From NCBI RefSeq assembly GCF_006345805.1, contig NC_043004.1, positions 8,742,001 to 8,806,000 of the forward strand: a stretch of 64,000 nucleotides of DNA, in the 5' to 3' direction. Each line of letters opens with the position of its first letter. The stretch's first letter is position 1. Made by a program: the position numbers and the translations under genes. Of the stretch, positions 27,601 through 35,511 are shown one piece after another. The stretch comes from Octopus sinensis. Lineage: Eukaryota. The notes beneath the pieces are model-generated. The model searched no databases and had not been told where the DNA came from. It was given only the letters and a program-made list of their open reading frames with translations.

Positions 27601-28247
27601 GGGGACAGTCGATCACATCGACCCCAGAACTCCACTGGTACTTAATTAATTGACCCCGAAAGGATGAAAGGCAAAGTCAACCTCGGCAGAATTTAAACTC
27701 AGAATGTAGCGACAGACGAAATACTGCTAACCTTAAAGAAGTTATAAAAATTATTTGAACATGCTTAACCATCACATCTGACACTCTAATAACTGACTTT
27801 TATGTATTCACATATTTGTTCCACTTAATAGGGATACTCAAGTCTATCTTGTTATTTTGATTTTTAGTCCCACAGCTGTATGAACCTAAGCCGGAACTCA
27901 TTTAATGTATCCAAATGCGAAAAATTTTAAATAAAACAACAAACCTGGGCGTAAGAGAAAAAGGATAAAATATATTATTGATCGCATTATACATGAGTAA
28001 ATGGAGTTTATTGTGGAGAGAGAGAGAAGACGATGCAATCAAGGATGTGAAAAAAATCATTGGTTATGTCTACAGGATAAAGTTGTTGGACCGAAGGTTA
28101 AACAATAAAAGTACACAGACTGTAGATACGAAATAAACACAAACATGAAATAAAGATAAAGCAATGTAATTTGATAAAGGAAATAAAAGACCACAAAAGG
28201 CATCGAACCATTTTTCCTTGCCAAACATAGACACATAACGGCACATG

Positions 28248-28280
<33 letters not shown>

Positions 28281-28482
28281 TTTACGGCGATGTACTTGCA
28301 TAGCAAGTGATCTGATCTGAGATCGTGTGCTGGAACGAAAACAATTGCAGCGTGTAAGGTGTTTGTAAGCCATTTAAGAAACACACAAAAACCGTTAGAT
28401 TCACTTCAACATTTTAATTTAATTTGTCAAAATATTTTCGTCGCTTTGAGACCGCGACCTGTTCACTGACAAAACTCTGTGA

Positions 28483-28533
<51 letters not shown>

Positions 28534-29427
28534 GTGTGTGTATGTATATGTATATATATATGTATAAGCATACCTACGCAAATGTGTCTCCCGTCACCAG
28601 GCTTTGTTTCCTCATTACTTTCAGAAAAATGGATACGTTTAAGTACATTTTCCACAAATACCTTTCACTTGGTGTAGATTCCGATTATTTCTGAAACTTT
28701 TTCTCAAAGTTATGAGGAAACAAAGTACACTCTTGTAAGTATGCCGAGAGAGTGGGGGGATGTAGTCCTACAAAATCAATAAGATGAGATACTTGTGATT
28801 AAATGTCTTCGATTTTGTTTGTTTGTTCGAGATTAATGAGTGATCTGAAGTTAAACTACGACTTAAAAAATGTTTTGAAAAATAATCGTAGAATATTGAA
28901 GCAAAAATCATTTTTACAGAAGTTGAAATACAAAAAGGAACTTTATATCAGCTTTTAATTGAAACAAACCGGATTTTTTTCCCCATTTATATTTTTTTAT
29001 TCAAGAAAAACAATCCAAAACGTTTGTTAGAATTAAAACGATAAACAATGACATGTTTTGTAATAGTTGGACATATTAAAAACGAAATAGAATGTATTTT
29101 ACTCGCTTTCTCCAAACATATCATAATTATTGATAATATTTCCCCGTCGGATCTTTAATTTCCCACACAACAGCTAAAATAACAGGAATTTTAAACAATT
29201 TCATTTCAAAACAAACAAAGGAACAACACAACGGAATCCCAGACAACAGAAAAATAGGGAAATTGGTTAAAAGGATTTCGAAAACATTGTTTTGTTTGTA
29301 TTCTTTATCAATTACGAGGTTGATTTTCACTGTATTTTGACCAAGAAACGCAGTAATTAGAGGAGGCTGAAATAAACTAATTACTCACGTCTCCCATCCA
29401 AAGAGTTGAGGTTCCAGTCGCAGACAT
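3890..29427 (-). CDS. TRNAU1AP: tRNA selenocysteine 1-associated protein 1 (SECp43), complete 10-exon CDS: join complement(29389-29427,19900-19997,17767-17866,15572-15624,14628-14731,13162-13306,11734-11899,7863-7908,5503-5561,3890-4069)
   Basis: Manually spliced. All introns are GT..AG and the phases chain into a 990-nt ORF. The translation has two RRMs (TLWMGDLEPYMDE...PAGYCFVE; [10 protein letters not shown]...SKGYGFVRF), a Q/Y-rich linker and the acidic C-terminal LEDP...EQSEE...WQPID motif characteristic of vertebrate SECp43. Confidence 0.95.
5503..5561 (-). CDS. TRNAU1AP: TRNAU1AP exon 9 ([20 protein letters not shown])
   Basis: tttag acceptor, gtgagt donor. Resembles vertebrate DPMPQLDVTEANKEFMEQSE. 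Confidence 0.92.
5728..6045 (-). mobile_element. Family A: RTE-like LINE 3' end / SINE-like unit with (ATG)n tail
   Basis: Core ctggatgcccttcctaacrccaacc, internal ~55-65 nt tandem units, (CAT)n end. Confidence 0.85.
6372..6850 (-). mobile_element. Family A copy with about 5 internal tandem units
   Basis: Same core and (CAT)n end. Confidence 0.85.
7429..7647 (+). mobile_element. tRNA-type SINE (family C) with 13-bp target site duplication
   Basis: GGTACCATGCAGA at 7416-7428 and 7648-7660 flanks the element. Homologous to 59463-59700. Confidence 0.88.
7863..7908 (-). CDS. TRNAU1AP: TRNAU1AP exon 8 ([15 protein letters not shown])
   Basis: ctctctttaccag acceptor, gttggt donor, 46 nt. The phase fits both neighbours and the exon ends in the conserved LE/D junction. 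Confidence 0.8.
8101..8680. mobile_element. ~570-bp interspersed repeat embedded in (AAT)n, copy 1 (possibly Dong/R4-related non-autonomous element)
   Basis: Highly similar to 27015-27572 and flanked by AAT repeats. The clade is a guess based on the microsatellite target. Confidence 0.7.
8700..8982 (+). mobile_element. Family A copy
   Basis: Reverse orientation, ends ggacgttaaacgatgatg. Confidence 0.85.
9112..10285 (+). mobile_element. Family B tRNA-SINE split by a Helitron insertion (SINE halves 9112-9279 and 10085-10285)
   Basis: The two halves join into a full family B unit at the central microsatellite. Confidence 0.8.
9280..10084 (-). mobile_element. Non-autonomous Helitron
   Basis: Minus strand has 5' TC(TCTCTCTATATAAACGGCAG), subterminal hairpin CCCGG-GCAACG-CCGGG and 3' CTAG, inserted between A and T. 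Confidence 0.85.
10270..10630 (-). mobile_element. Family A copy
   Basis: Core and tandem units. Confidence 0.8.
10905..11360 (-). mobile_element. Family A copy
   Basis: Core and multiple tandem units. Confidence 0.85.
11734..11899 (-). CDS. TRNAU1AP: TRNAU1AP exon 7 (Pro then Gln/Tyr-rich linker)
   Basis: gtcag acceptor, gtaggt donor, 166 nt. The Q/Y-rich segment is typical of SECp43. Confidence 0.9.
11945..12165 (-). repeat. ~220-bp interspersed repeat, inverted homolog of 29905-30115
   Basis: The ORF track itself shows near-identical translations ([31 protein letters not shown]) on opposite strands. Confidence 0.8.
12745..12925 (+). mobile_element. Family A copy (truncated)
   Basis: ggttggcattaggaagggcatcc core. 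Confidence 0.75.
13162..13306 (-). CDS. TRNAU1AP: TRNAU1AP exon 6 ([49 protein letters not shown])
   Basis: ttag acceptor, gtatgt donor, RRM2 RNP1. Confidence 0.95.
14628..14731 (-). CDS. TRNAU1AP: TRNAU1AP exon 5 ([34 protein letters not shown])
   Basis: cacag acceptor, gtgaga donor, RRM2 RNP2. Confidence 0.95.
15572..15624 (-). CDS. TRNAU1AP: TRNAU1AP exon 4 ([18 protein letters not shown])
   Basis: cccag acceptor, gtaagt donor, 53 nt, KRFKLN motif. Confidence 0.93.
16143..16984 (+). mobile_element. Internally deleted mariner element
   Basis: ~60-bp TIRs (ggtctga..ataagtatcc.gactgttgccat.g..acaaag...catgcagagtgaagc), TA flanks and a transposase N-terminal relic [16 protein letters not shown]. 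Confidence 0.8.
17290..17720 (-). mobile_element. Tc1-like transposase C-terminal relic
   Basis: Minus-strand [17 protein letters not shown]...[15 protein letters not shown] matches the Tc1 DLNPIENLW motif. Confidence 0.65.
17767..17866 (-). CDS. TRNAU1AP: TRNAU1AP exon 3 ([33 protein letters not shown])
   Basis: ttttgcag acceptor, gtaatt donor, 100 nt, RNP1 motif. Confidence 0.95.
18080..18790 (+). mobile_element. Internally deleted RTE-like LINE fragment joined to family A 3' end
   Basis: Cys-rich relic [26 protein letters not shown] followed by the family A core and tail. Confidence 0.6.
19156..19290 (+). mobile_element. Helitron 5' fragment
   Basis: A|TCTCTCTATTTATAAAGCTGAAGTTG start resembles the 5' end of the 9280-10084 element. 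Confidence 0.35.
19900..19997 (-). CDS. TRNAU1AP: TRNAU1AP exon 2 ([33 protein letters not shown])
   Basis: tag acceptor, gtaagt donor, 98 nt, RRM1. Confidence 0.95.
20600..20960 (-). mobile_element. Family A copy extending into LINE ORF end
   Basis: Core plus short upstream LINE-like sequence. Confidence 0.75.
21085..21272 (+). mobile_element. Family A copy
   Basis: Core and (ATG)n tail. Confidence 0.75.
21325..22060 (-). mobile_element. 5'-truncated RTE-like LINE (ORF2 C-terminus plus family A 3' end)
   Basis: [18 protein letters not shown] relic contiguous with the family A core. Confidence 0.75.
22690..22975. repeat. Compound (CA/TA) micro/minisatellite
   Basis: Repeating acacatatatacacataacat(a/g)catacat units. 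Confidence 0.9.
23590..24330 (-). mobile_element. 5'-truncated RTE-like LINE (ORF2 C-terminus plus family A 3' end)
   Basis: Relic [27 protein letters not shown]...RRLERNE...WYGH typical of the RTE-type post-RT region. Confidence 0.8.
24430..24645 (-). mobile_element. Penelope-like element terminal-repeat remnant carrying hammerhead motif
   Basis: Short unique segment flanked by (TA)n/(CA)n tracts and containing a minimal hammerhead. The PLE assignment is inferred from the ribozyme type. Confidence 0.45.
24531..24565 (-). ncRNA. Degenerate minimal type I hammerhead ribozyme motif (canonical CUGACGA core, G12 mutated)
   Basis: Minus strand GUUU-CUGACGA-A-GAGC-UCC-ACUC-AAAA-CG-UU-AAAC. Two G>A changes (24546, 24542), both at former CpGs, would restore GAGC/GCUC and GAAA. 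Confidence 0.65.
25000..25363 (+). mobile_element. Family A copy
   Basis: Tandem units, core, (ATG)n tail. Confidence 0.85.
25500..26480 (+). mobile_element. Degenerate RTE-clade LINE RT fragment (distinct subfamily)
   Basis: Relics [55 protein letters not shown]. Confidence 0.75.
27015..27572. mobile_element. ~560-bp interspersed repeat, copy 2 (homolog of 8101-8680)
   Basis: Near-collinear with copy 1, ends in (AAT)n. Confidence 0.7.
28065..28485 (-). mobile_element. Penelope-like/retrozyme-like remnant carrying variant hammerhead
   Basis: Contains the G3:C8 hammerhead next to a (TA)n/(TG)n array. Family assignment is inferred. Confidence 0.4.
28423..28473 (-). ncRNA. Minimal type I hammerhead ribozyme motif, G3:C8 core variant (Penelope-like)
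   Basis: Minus strand parses as UUUGUCA-GUGAACA-G-GUCGC-GGUCUCAAA-GCGAC-GAAA-AUAU-UU-UGACAAA: 7-bp stem I, 5-bp stem II, GAAA, palindromic stem III region, UH. Confidence 0.65.
29389..29427 (-). CDS. TRNAU1AP: TRNAU1AP coding exon 1 ([13 protein letters not shown])
   Basis: ATG at 29427, donor gtgagt, matches the SLWMGD start of SECp43. Confidence 0.9.
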
Positions 29428-29904
29428 CGTCTCAAAGAGAAACTTTTTACTGGAGTTCTTCAGGAAAGGATTTCAGCAATATAAGCAGAACAATTCGTTT
29501 TTAATTACTAGTGTGGAAGTCTTCAGATGAAGAAGAAACACTTGCAACAAAAGATGCAACAGAAAAATCCTTGGAATTTTTTGTCTTTTTGGCGAAACAC
29601 GTGGAGAGAATCGAAATTGAACAAGAATTGATGAACGTCAAAAAGCAATTCATACAACAATAACAAGAACTATATTCAAATAATTCAATCAATATTTGGC
29701 TATCAATCCTCTAAACAAAACGACTTTTATAAATATTAATCCTTAAATAGATTAAAAATCTTGAAATAATTTCTTTAAAGATTCTTTACGACATGAAACT
29801 GTCGGCATTTCAGTTGAACCGGTGTCGCAGATAAAAAAGCGGCCGAAAATAATTGATCCGCCTTCACCTCGTCTCTAACAGCAGGAAGAACAAATCCAGT
29901 CGTT

Positions 29905-30115
29905 TTAGGTTTCGTTTTTGGATTTGGTTTGCAAGATTCTTTATGTGAGTTCGGGTGTTGAAGCATTTTCTGTTGTGTCTGGGGAGAATCATTTTCTTTT
30001 TGTGCCTTATAATGTAATACACTCACCGGTAAAATTTCCACTTTTTTCTTATTTTTATTTTCCTAAAATTTTCGTTGCGTCTTGCAACCTTTTCAATAGT
30101 TTTGACTTGTTTTAT
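29905..30115 (+). repeat. Interspersed repeat homologous to 11945-12165
   Basis: See 11945-12165. Confidence 0.8.
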
Positions 30116-30132
30116 GTTGTATGCGTTAAATT

Positions 30133-30403
30133 GGTACTATTTAAGAAGAGAGGTCCCGGTGCGCGCAATCACGTACTCGCGCATTCACGCTAGCTAGTCG
30201 ATCCTTACTTTGTGTTTTTGTGTTTTATTTACTTTGTTTATAAAAATTATTTACTTTGTGTAAAAAAAATTACTTATTTATTTTGTGTTTTATTTACTTT
30301 GTTCATTACAAAGTCGTTGTAGGATCGACTAGTCACGACTAGCTAGCGCGGATGCGTAAGTACGTGAGTGCGCGCACCGGGACCACTCTTCTTAAGTAGT
30401 ACC
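30133..30403. mobile_element. Fold-back MITE with long TIRs and 9-bp TSD (Mutator-like)
   Basis: Arms ggtacta.ttaagaagag.ggtcccggtgcgcgca...ctagtcg (30133-~30207 vs ~30320-30403), AT-rich spacer, exact CGTTAAATT at 30124-30132 and 30404-30412. Confidence 0.8.
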
Positions 30404-32163
30404 CGTTAAATTTACCGTATTTACCCGTATTTAAGTTGCGCCCTTAATTTAGTGTTAAATCTTGATACAAAATTGTTTCCTTTCATAGTTTAGTTTTGCC
30501 CTATTTAAGTTAAAAACCAAATATAAAATAGCGCGTCTTATACAAAATTTAGTTTCACAAGTTTAGTTGGGGACACACAAAGTAACAGACTGAGAAAGGG
30601 ACCGCGATATTCTAGCTTAATTCCGATAAAAAACAAAAATATAATTATCTCATTCATGAAAGTCTGACTTGGAGGCTTCTGCAGAGGAGAATGGTGGTGG
30701 TGGTGGTGGGGGGTGAGAGAAAAGTAAAACAATTTTGCGTCAATTGTTACTTCGTTAGCTTGCTTCATCCATTTTTATTATTTTTTTCCTGTCGAATTGC
30801 ATTTTACTGTAGACTGGGATTTTAAAATCATCCTGGTCAATATAATAAAAGTCCTCACCCGCGAAAAATAAAAAAAAAAAGATTAACCAGCCCGGGGGAT
30901 GTTAACAAGTATGTGGAAAACGAATGTGAAAAAAAAAAAAAATGCGCGCTGACGACCCTGATAAGGGGGGAGGGGACTTTCGGAAAATTCACAAGATCCG
31001 ATTTTTCCGTCATAATTTCCGGTAAAATTGATATATATATTATTTTTTTTTTTTAACGGAATCCCATGTTTTTGGTTATGGAGGATCCGATTCTGAAAAA
31101 CATTTTTTCAAAAATTCGTATTTTCAATATTTCAATTACCCTCACCTCCTCAGGAAATCTTAAAAAAAAATATTGAAATTAAAATTTGAATTTGTTTATT
31201 TTTTTTCCATATTTTTAATCTCCGTATTTTCCCGCGTGGATTGATGAAAAAAAAATTCGAAAAAAGTTTTTAAAAAGTTTAGAAAAGAAAGTTTGAAAAA
31301 AAAAACCTTTTTAATTTCACGTGAATTACTTTGTGATATTACTGCGGGAAATTGCTTTGAAAGAAATCTTTGTAAAAAGGTGAGTAGATTGATTGCATTA
31401 TGTTATCGCAGATTTTGTGAGATTTGGCTGTTATTTCTAGCATGTGGATAGCCTGCTTGAAGGCCTGAGGATATATATATTGAAGAAATGAGGTACTCAG
31501 AAATTTGGATGGTTTTATATTTACAGATATTTATTAGTATGTTACATGTTTTTATAAATCATATATAAGCGCTTCCGTCCACTCTAGTGGAGTTTTCAAA
31601 TTGAACTTTTGCAGGAATTTTGTCTCTTTTTATAGAATTATTGAGTGTGTAGGGGTGGGGAAAGATATAAGATAGTACAAGAGGGTGAGAAAGTGAGAGA
31701 GAGCGCGCATGTGTGTGTGGGTGCCTGTGTATCTGGAAGGGGTGTCGCTGGAGAAGGGAAGAAAGAGAGGAAGAAATAATTATGTTGATATTTATGCCAC
31801 TGTTTATACCATTTCTGAGTACCGCATTTTTTCTAATATATAATACCTGTACATCATCTCCAAACCTTCTAACACACACACACATGTATATATATATATA
31901 TATATATATCTCATAAGCAAGGGCTAAAGAAAGTTTTCTGAAGCCAATATACTGAAATCCACGTTTAATCTACTTGCTACAGAAAGTTGAACTGAAATGC
32001 GGGCAACTCTACCTTTGGAACATTTAAATTTCGTTATATATGTACAATTTAAAAATAGGATAAAATCTCCATAAGAATTTATGAAGTAGTTAGCGTGAAA
32101 AACCTCATAAGAGAAAAAAACCCCCATCATTTCTTTCCTTTAAATTTATCTATTTATATTATA

Positions 32164-32311
32164 TAGAGGGCACTATTACATATAGATGCCACACGCTAGG
32201 AGGGACTCTTAAAGTCAAAACTACTAAAATAAATGTGTTTATTTATTTTAGTAGTTTTGACTTTAAGAGTCCCTCCTAGTGTGTGGCATCTATGTGTAAT
32301 AATGCCCTCTA
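32164..32311. mobile_element. Near-perfect palindrome (72-bp arms, 6-nt loop), TA-flanked MITE-like
   Basis: 32163-32234 pairs with 32241-32312 with 3 transition mismatches. TA at 32164-65 and 32310-11. Confidence 0.7.
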
Positions 32312-32316
32312 TGATA

Positions 32317-32355
<39 letters not shown>

Positions 32356-32813
32356 GTCTATATATATATTTGAAAAAACTGAAATTTTACAAACCGATTT
32401 TTATAAGAATCGTAATCTTCGTATTTTTCTAATGAGACAGGTGGGCAGACGTTTTGAAAAACAGGATTAACAAAAAAATGTGTTTTCAAAACATCCACTG
32501 GCCATCAGTGTTCTGAAATACAAAGTAATATGAAATGTGGTAAAATCCTAAAAGAACAGGAAAACTTCCAATAACGTGTCACAACTATTTGGAAAGTCTT
32601 CCAATCCCCTTTTTGGAAGGTAAATGCTTTTTACTTTCTCTCTGTTTTATTTTATTATTTTAGTAATATCATGAATTAATAGGAATGTATGAATCCTTAG
32701 CTTACAAGGGCTGTTCATTGCTATTAAAGTCCGTGTGATGGTCATGGACGGGCAATTAACGGAGCTGCTATTAACAGTTACCTACCCTTAACGGTTTCTT
32801 CCTATTTACGCAG

Positions 32814-32925
32814 GGTCTCTCTCTCCCTCTCTTCGCTATTTGTCTGCTCTGCTTTTAATACCAGTTCCAAATAGAAAATTTAGCCGCTATAACAACTTGC
32901 TTAACAAATAGCTACAAGAATAAAG
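32814..32925 (+). other. Candidate non-coding 5'UTR exon (ZDHHC16 and/or ZNG1)
   Basis: Branch-like cttaac, pyrimidine tract and tttacgcag acceptor, AG/gtaaga donor, no ATG. A further AG/gtgagt donor lies at 31379/31380. Prediction only. Confidence 0.3.
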
Positions 32926-33409
32926 GTAAGAATTTATTGTCCTCATATTTCATGTCCGTCTGTTTATTCAGTTACAAAAATTTGTACAATCTAATCGGGA
33001 TATTTCATTTAATATTTATACAAAGTTTTATTAATAAAAAAAAAAAATCAACTTCAGTACTTCAAAATATATAGTTTCAAGTTATCAATTCATAATTCGT
33101 TTTATATTTACGCAACAAAGTTATTAAATTGCTTTTAGTCATCTGTTTATCTTTTCCACTTGTAAAAAGCAGCATGCACCAAGTTTAATCTCATTGACAA
33201 GCATAAAACCTTTTTTATTACCCTAATGCTGATCCTGACTGAAATTACATGATATTCATGCTTTTCTCATGGGTCAGTATTAGTGATAGCTAGCACTAAT
33301 TAAAAGCTGGTTGCAAATTCATGCGGGAGATATATTCTGTTTACACGAGCGGGCTGGCCATTAGATACGATGTTATGCCTTTGTCACCAATTTCCTTTTA
33401 CACCGGTCG

Positions 33410-33578
33410 GGTCTACGAGCGAACAGTGGTCCCGGTGCGCGCACTCGCGCTAGCTAATCGTAAGTAGTCGAACCTACAACGACTTTTTAACCCTAACCTT
33501 AGTTTGTTTAGGATCGACTACTTACGACTAGCTAGCGCGAGTGCGCGCACTGGGACCACTGTCCGCTAGTAGCACCCC
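33410..33578. mobile_element. Second copy of the CpG-rich fold-back MITE family
   Basis: Arms acagtggtccc.gtgcgcgcactcgcgctagcta.tcgtaagtagtcga.ccta pair. Shares ggtcccggtgcgcgca and gtcgttgtagg.tcgacta with 30133-30403. Confidence 0.78.
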
Positions 33579-34362
33579 CACCGGTTGTTCCAATAACGAC
33601 TACCTGGTTGCTGGGAGTGTGAGAGTTATTTCCCCTGTTCCCCTGTTCCGCTGGCCGCCGGTAGAGGGCGAGGGTGTCGGGCTGAATGGCTGCTTCCAGG
33701 TTGGGACTTTTCTGAGAGAAAGAATTCCTTAAAAAATGTTCTTCTTTCGGACCGAACGGGGAAGCGAGCAGCATAGATATATATCCTTAAAAGGTGTAAT
33801 GAGACACTAACACGCTTTGAAGGATTTCTTTCAGGAATTCACATGTTTGTGCGAGTATACTTTCATGCAAGCTGTTCAAACCTAAAAAACTTCAAATTCT
33901 TCCCAAAAAATCAGAAGAAAAAGGATTTATTAAGTATTTTCAGGTTGAAACAATCCAAGTTTGGGAATGTATTGTGAAATGATTTGTAACTCTTGTAATT
34001 CGTGCTGTCTAAATGAGGATTTCTATTTTTATGGTGTTAATTGGGAAATCGGAATTACAAGAATGAAGAATGAGATTTGTTTGTTTCATTGAAGAGAAGA
34101 AAAAAAAAATATTTATTTAAAACTTTATAGAATAATTATGAAAAAGAAAAATAGCTATTGGAGAACGTCTGCACTAAATATGAACATGGACAAACTTTAA
34201 AAAATTCATAATAATTGAATGAAAAAATTTAAAAAGAAAAAAGAAAAGCATCGACACAGCAAATTTAACGAAAAAGTACGGAAATGTCGATCACTAAACT
34301 TTGTGTAAAGTCATGAAAGTTTCATCTGGATTATTTAGTAAGTGTGAACGTATCGTTGAAAT

Positions 34363-35511
34363 ATGAAAATCTTACGTTGGCGAATCAATGTTTGCCAATG
34401 GGCAAGCAACCTACGTCTGTCTCTCAACACCACTTGCGATCTCATCAAATTAATGTACTTCAGTCTCTGTTACAACGCGTTCACCTCTCCCAGTCTAATT
34501 CTAGAGACTGGTTTGGAACCAGTTTTTTGGATCGTGGACCACTTTGCCAAATACATGGGACCCATTCTGATGTTTATTGTTTTTGCGTTGTGTAGCATTG
34601 GTCTTGTTATATTTTATGTGATTATGATACCTCGGTACCTTTCTTATGGTTGGCACTGGTTCCTACCGAATTTCATGTTTGGAAATTGGTTGTTGGTTAA
34701 CACAGTATTCAATTATGTGATGGGCTGTCGCACGAATCCAGGCCACCCACCTCAGATTGTTCCCGAAGTGGTGTCCATCTGCAAACGTTGTATTTCACCG
34801 AAACCACCCCGGGCCCATCATTGCAGCGTTTGTAAGAAGTGTGTTCTTCGAATGGACCATCACTGCCCTTGGCTCAACAACTGTGTTGGCTTCTACAATC
34901 ACCGTTATTTCTTTCTTTATATGGTCTACATGATGTCCGGCTGTCTCTATGCATGTGTTCTTTTCTATCCATTATTCTACGATAATTTTTATGTCGGCAA
35001 AGAAGTCGTATTTCACGGAGTACTTTATCCCCTTAATATGGCCTACCAGTTTTGGATGTCTAAAAACAAAAGCTACACATACATAGCTATCTCTAATGGC
35101 ACTTCTGTGAAACGAACTCCTCCTACTCAATCTTTCAACCAGCTCACATTATCAGATCAAATTTATCATCATTCTGTAATTTTTGTGTTTTTCCTGGGGT
35201 TTGGTTGTGTTATAGCTCTGTTTATTCTCTCTTTGTGGCATGCACGCCTTGTAAGTCGTGGTGAGACTAGTATTGAAGTTCACATTAACAAAAATGAAAG
35301 GAAAAGGCTTAAAAAACTTGGACAGACATATGTGAACCCTTATGATTTTGGTTTTGTCCAGAACTGGAAGTTATTCTTTGGCCTGACTGAAGGTAGGACA
35401 TTCTGGCGTCACATTCTCTTTCCATCACGACACAAGCCTCCAGGGAATGGTTTACAGTGGAAAACAACTACATTTACAGTGGATAATTTTGAAAATATTC
35501 ATGTGTTGTGA
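34363..35511 (+). CDS. ZDHHC16: Palmitoyltransferase ZDHHC16 (DHHC-CRD), single-exon CDS, 382 aa
   Basis: Intact ORF. Contains DHHC-CRD (CKRCISPKPPRAHHCSVCKKCVLRMDHHCPWLNNCVGFYNHRYFF) and several TM segments. ZDHHC16-specific flanks: SLCYNAF...EPVFWIVD and WHARLVSRGETSIEVHINKNER...NPYDFG...PPGNGLQW. Confidence 0.93.
   Translation: MKILRWRINVCQWASNLRLSLNTTCDLIKLMYFSLCYNAFTSPSLILETGLEPVFWIVDHFAKYMGPILMFIVFALCSIGLVIFYVIMIPRYLSYGWHWFLPNFMFGNWLLVNTVFNYVMGCRTNPGHPPQIVPEVVSICKRCISPKPPRAHHCSVCKKCVLRMDHHCPWLNNCVGFYNHRYFFLYMVYMMSGCLYACVLFYPLFYDNFYVGKEVVFHGVLYPLNMAYQFWMSKNKSYTYIAISNGTSVKRTPPTQSFNQLTLSDQIYHHSVIFVFFLGFGCVIALFILSLWHARLVSRGETSIEVHINKNERKRLKKLGQTYVNPYDFGFVQNWKLFFGLTEGRTFWRHILFPSRHKPPGNGLQWKTTTFTVDNFENIHVL

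Larger units (their letters stand above)
29428..34362. promoter_or_regulatory. Divergent promoter/5'UTR interval between TRNAU1AP (-) and ZDHHC16 (+)
   Basis: Head-to-head start codons ~4.9 kb apart and locally CpG-rich patches compared with the CpG-poor introns. TSSs not determinable. Confidence 0.55.
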
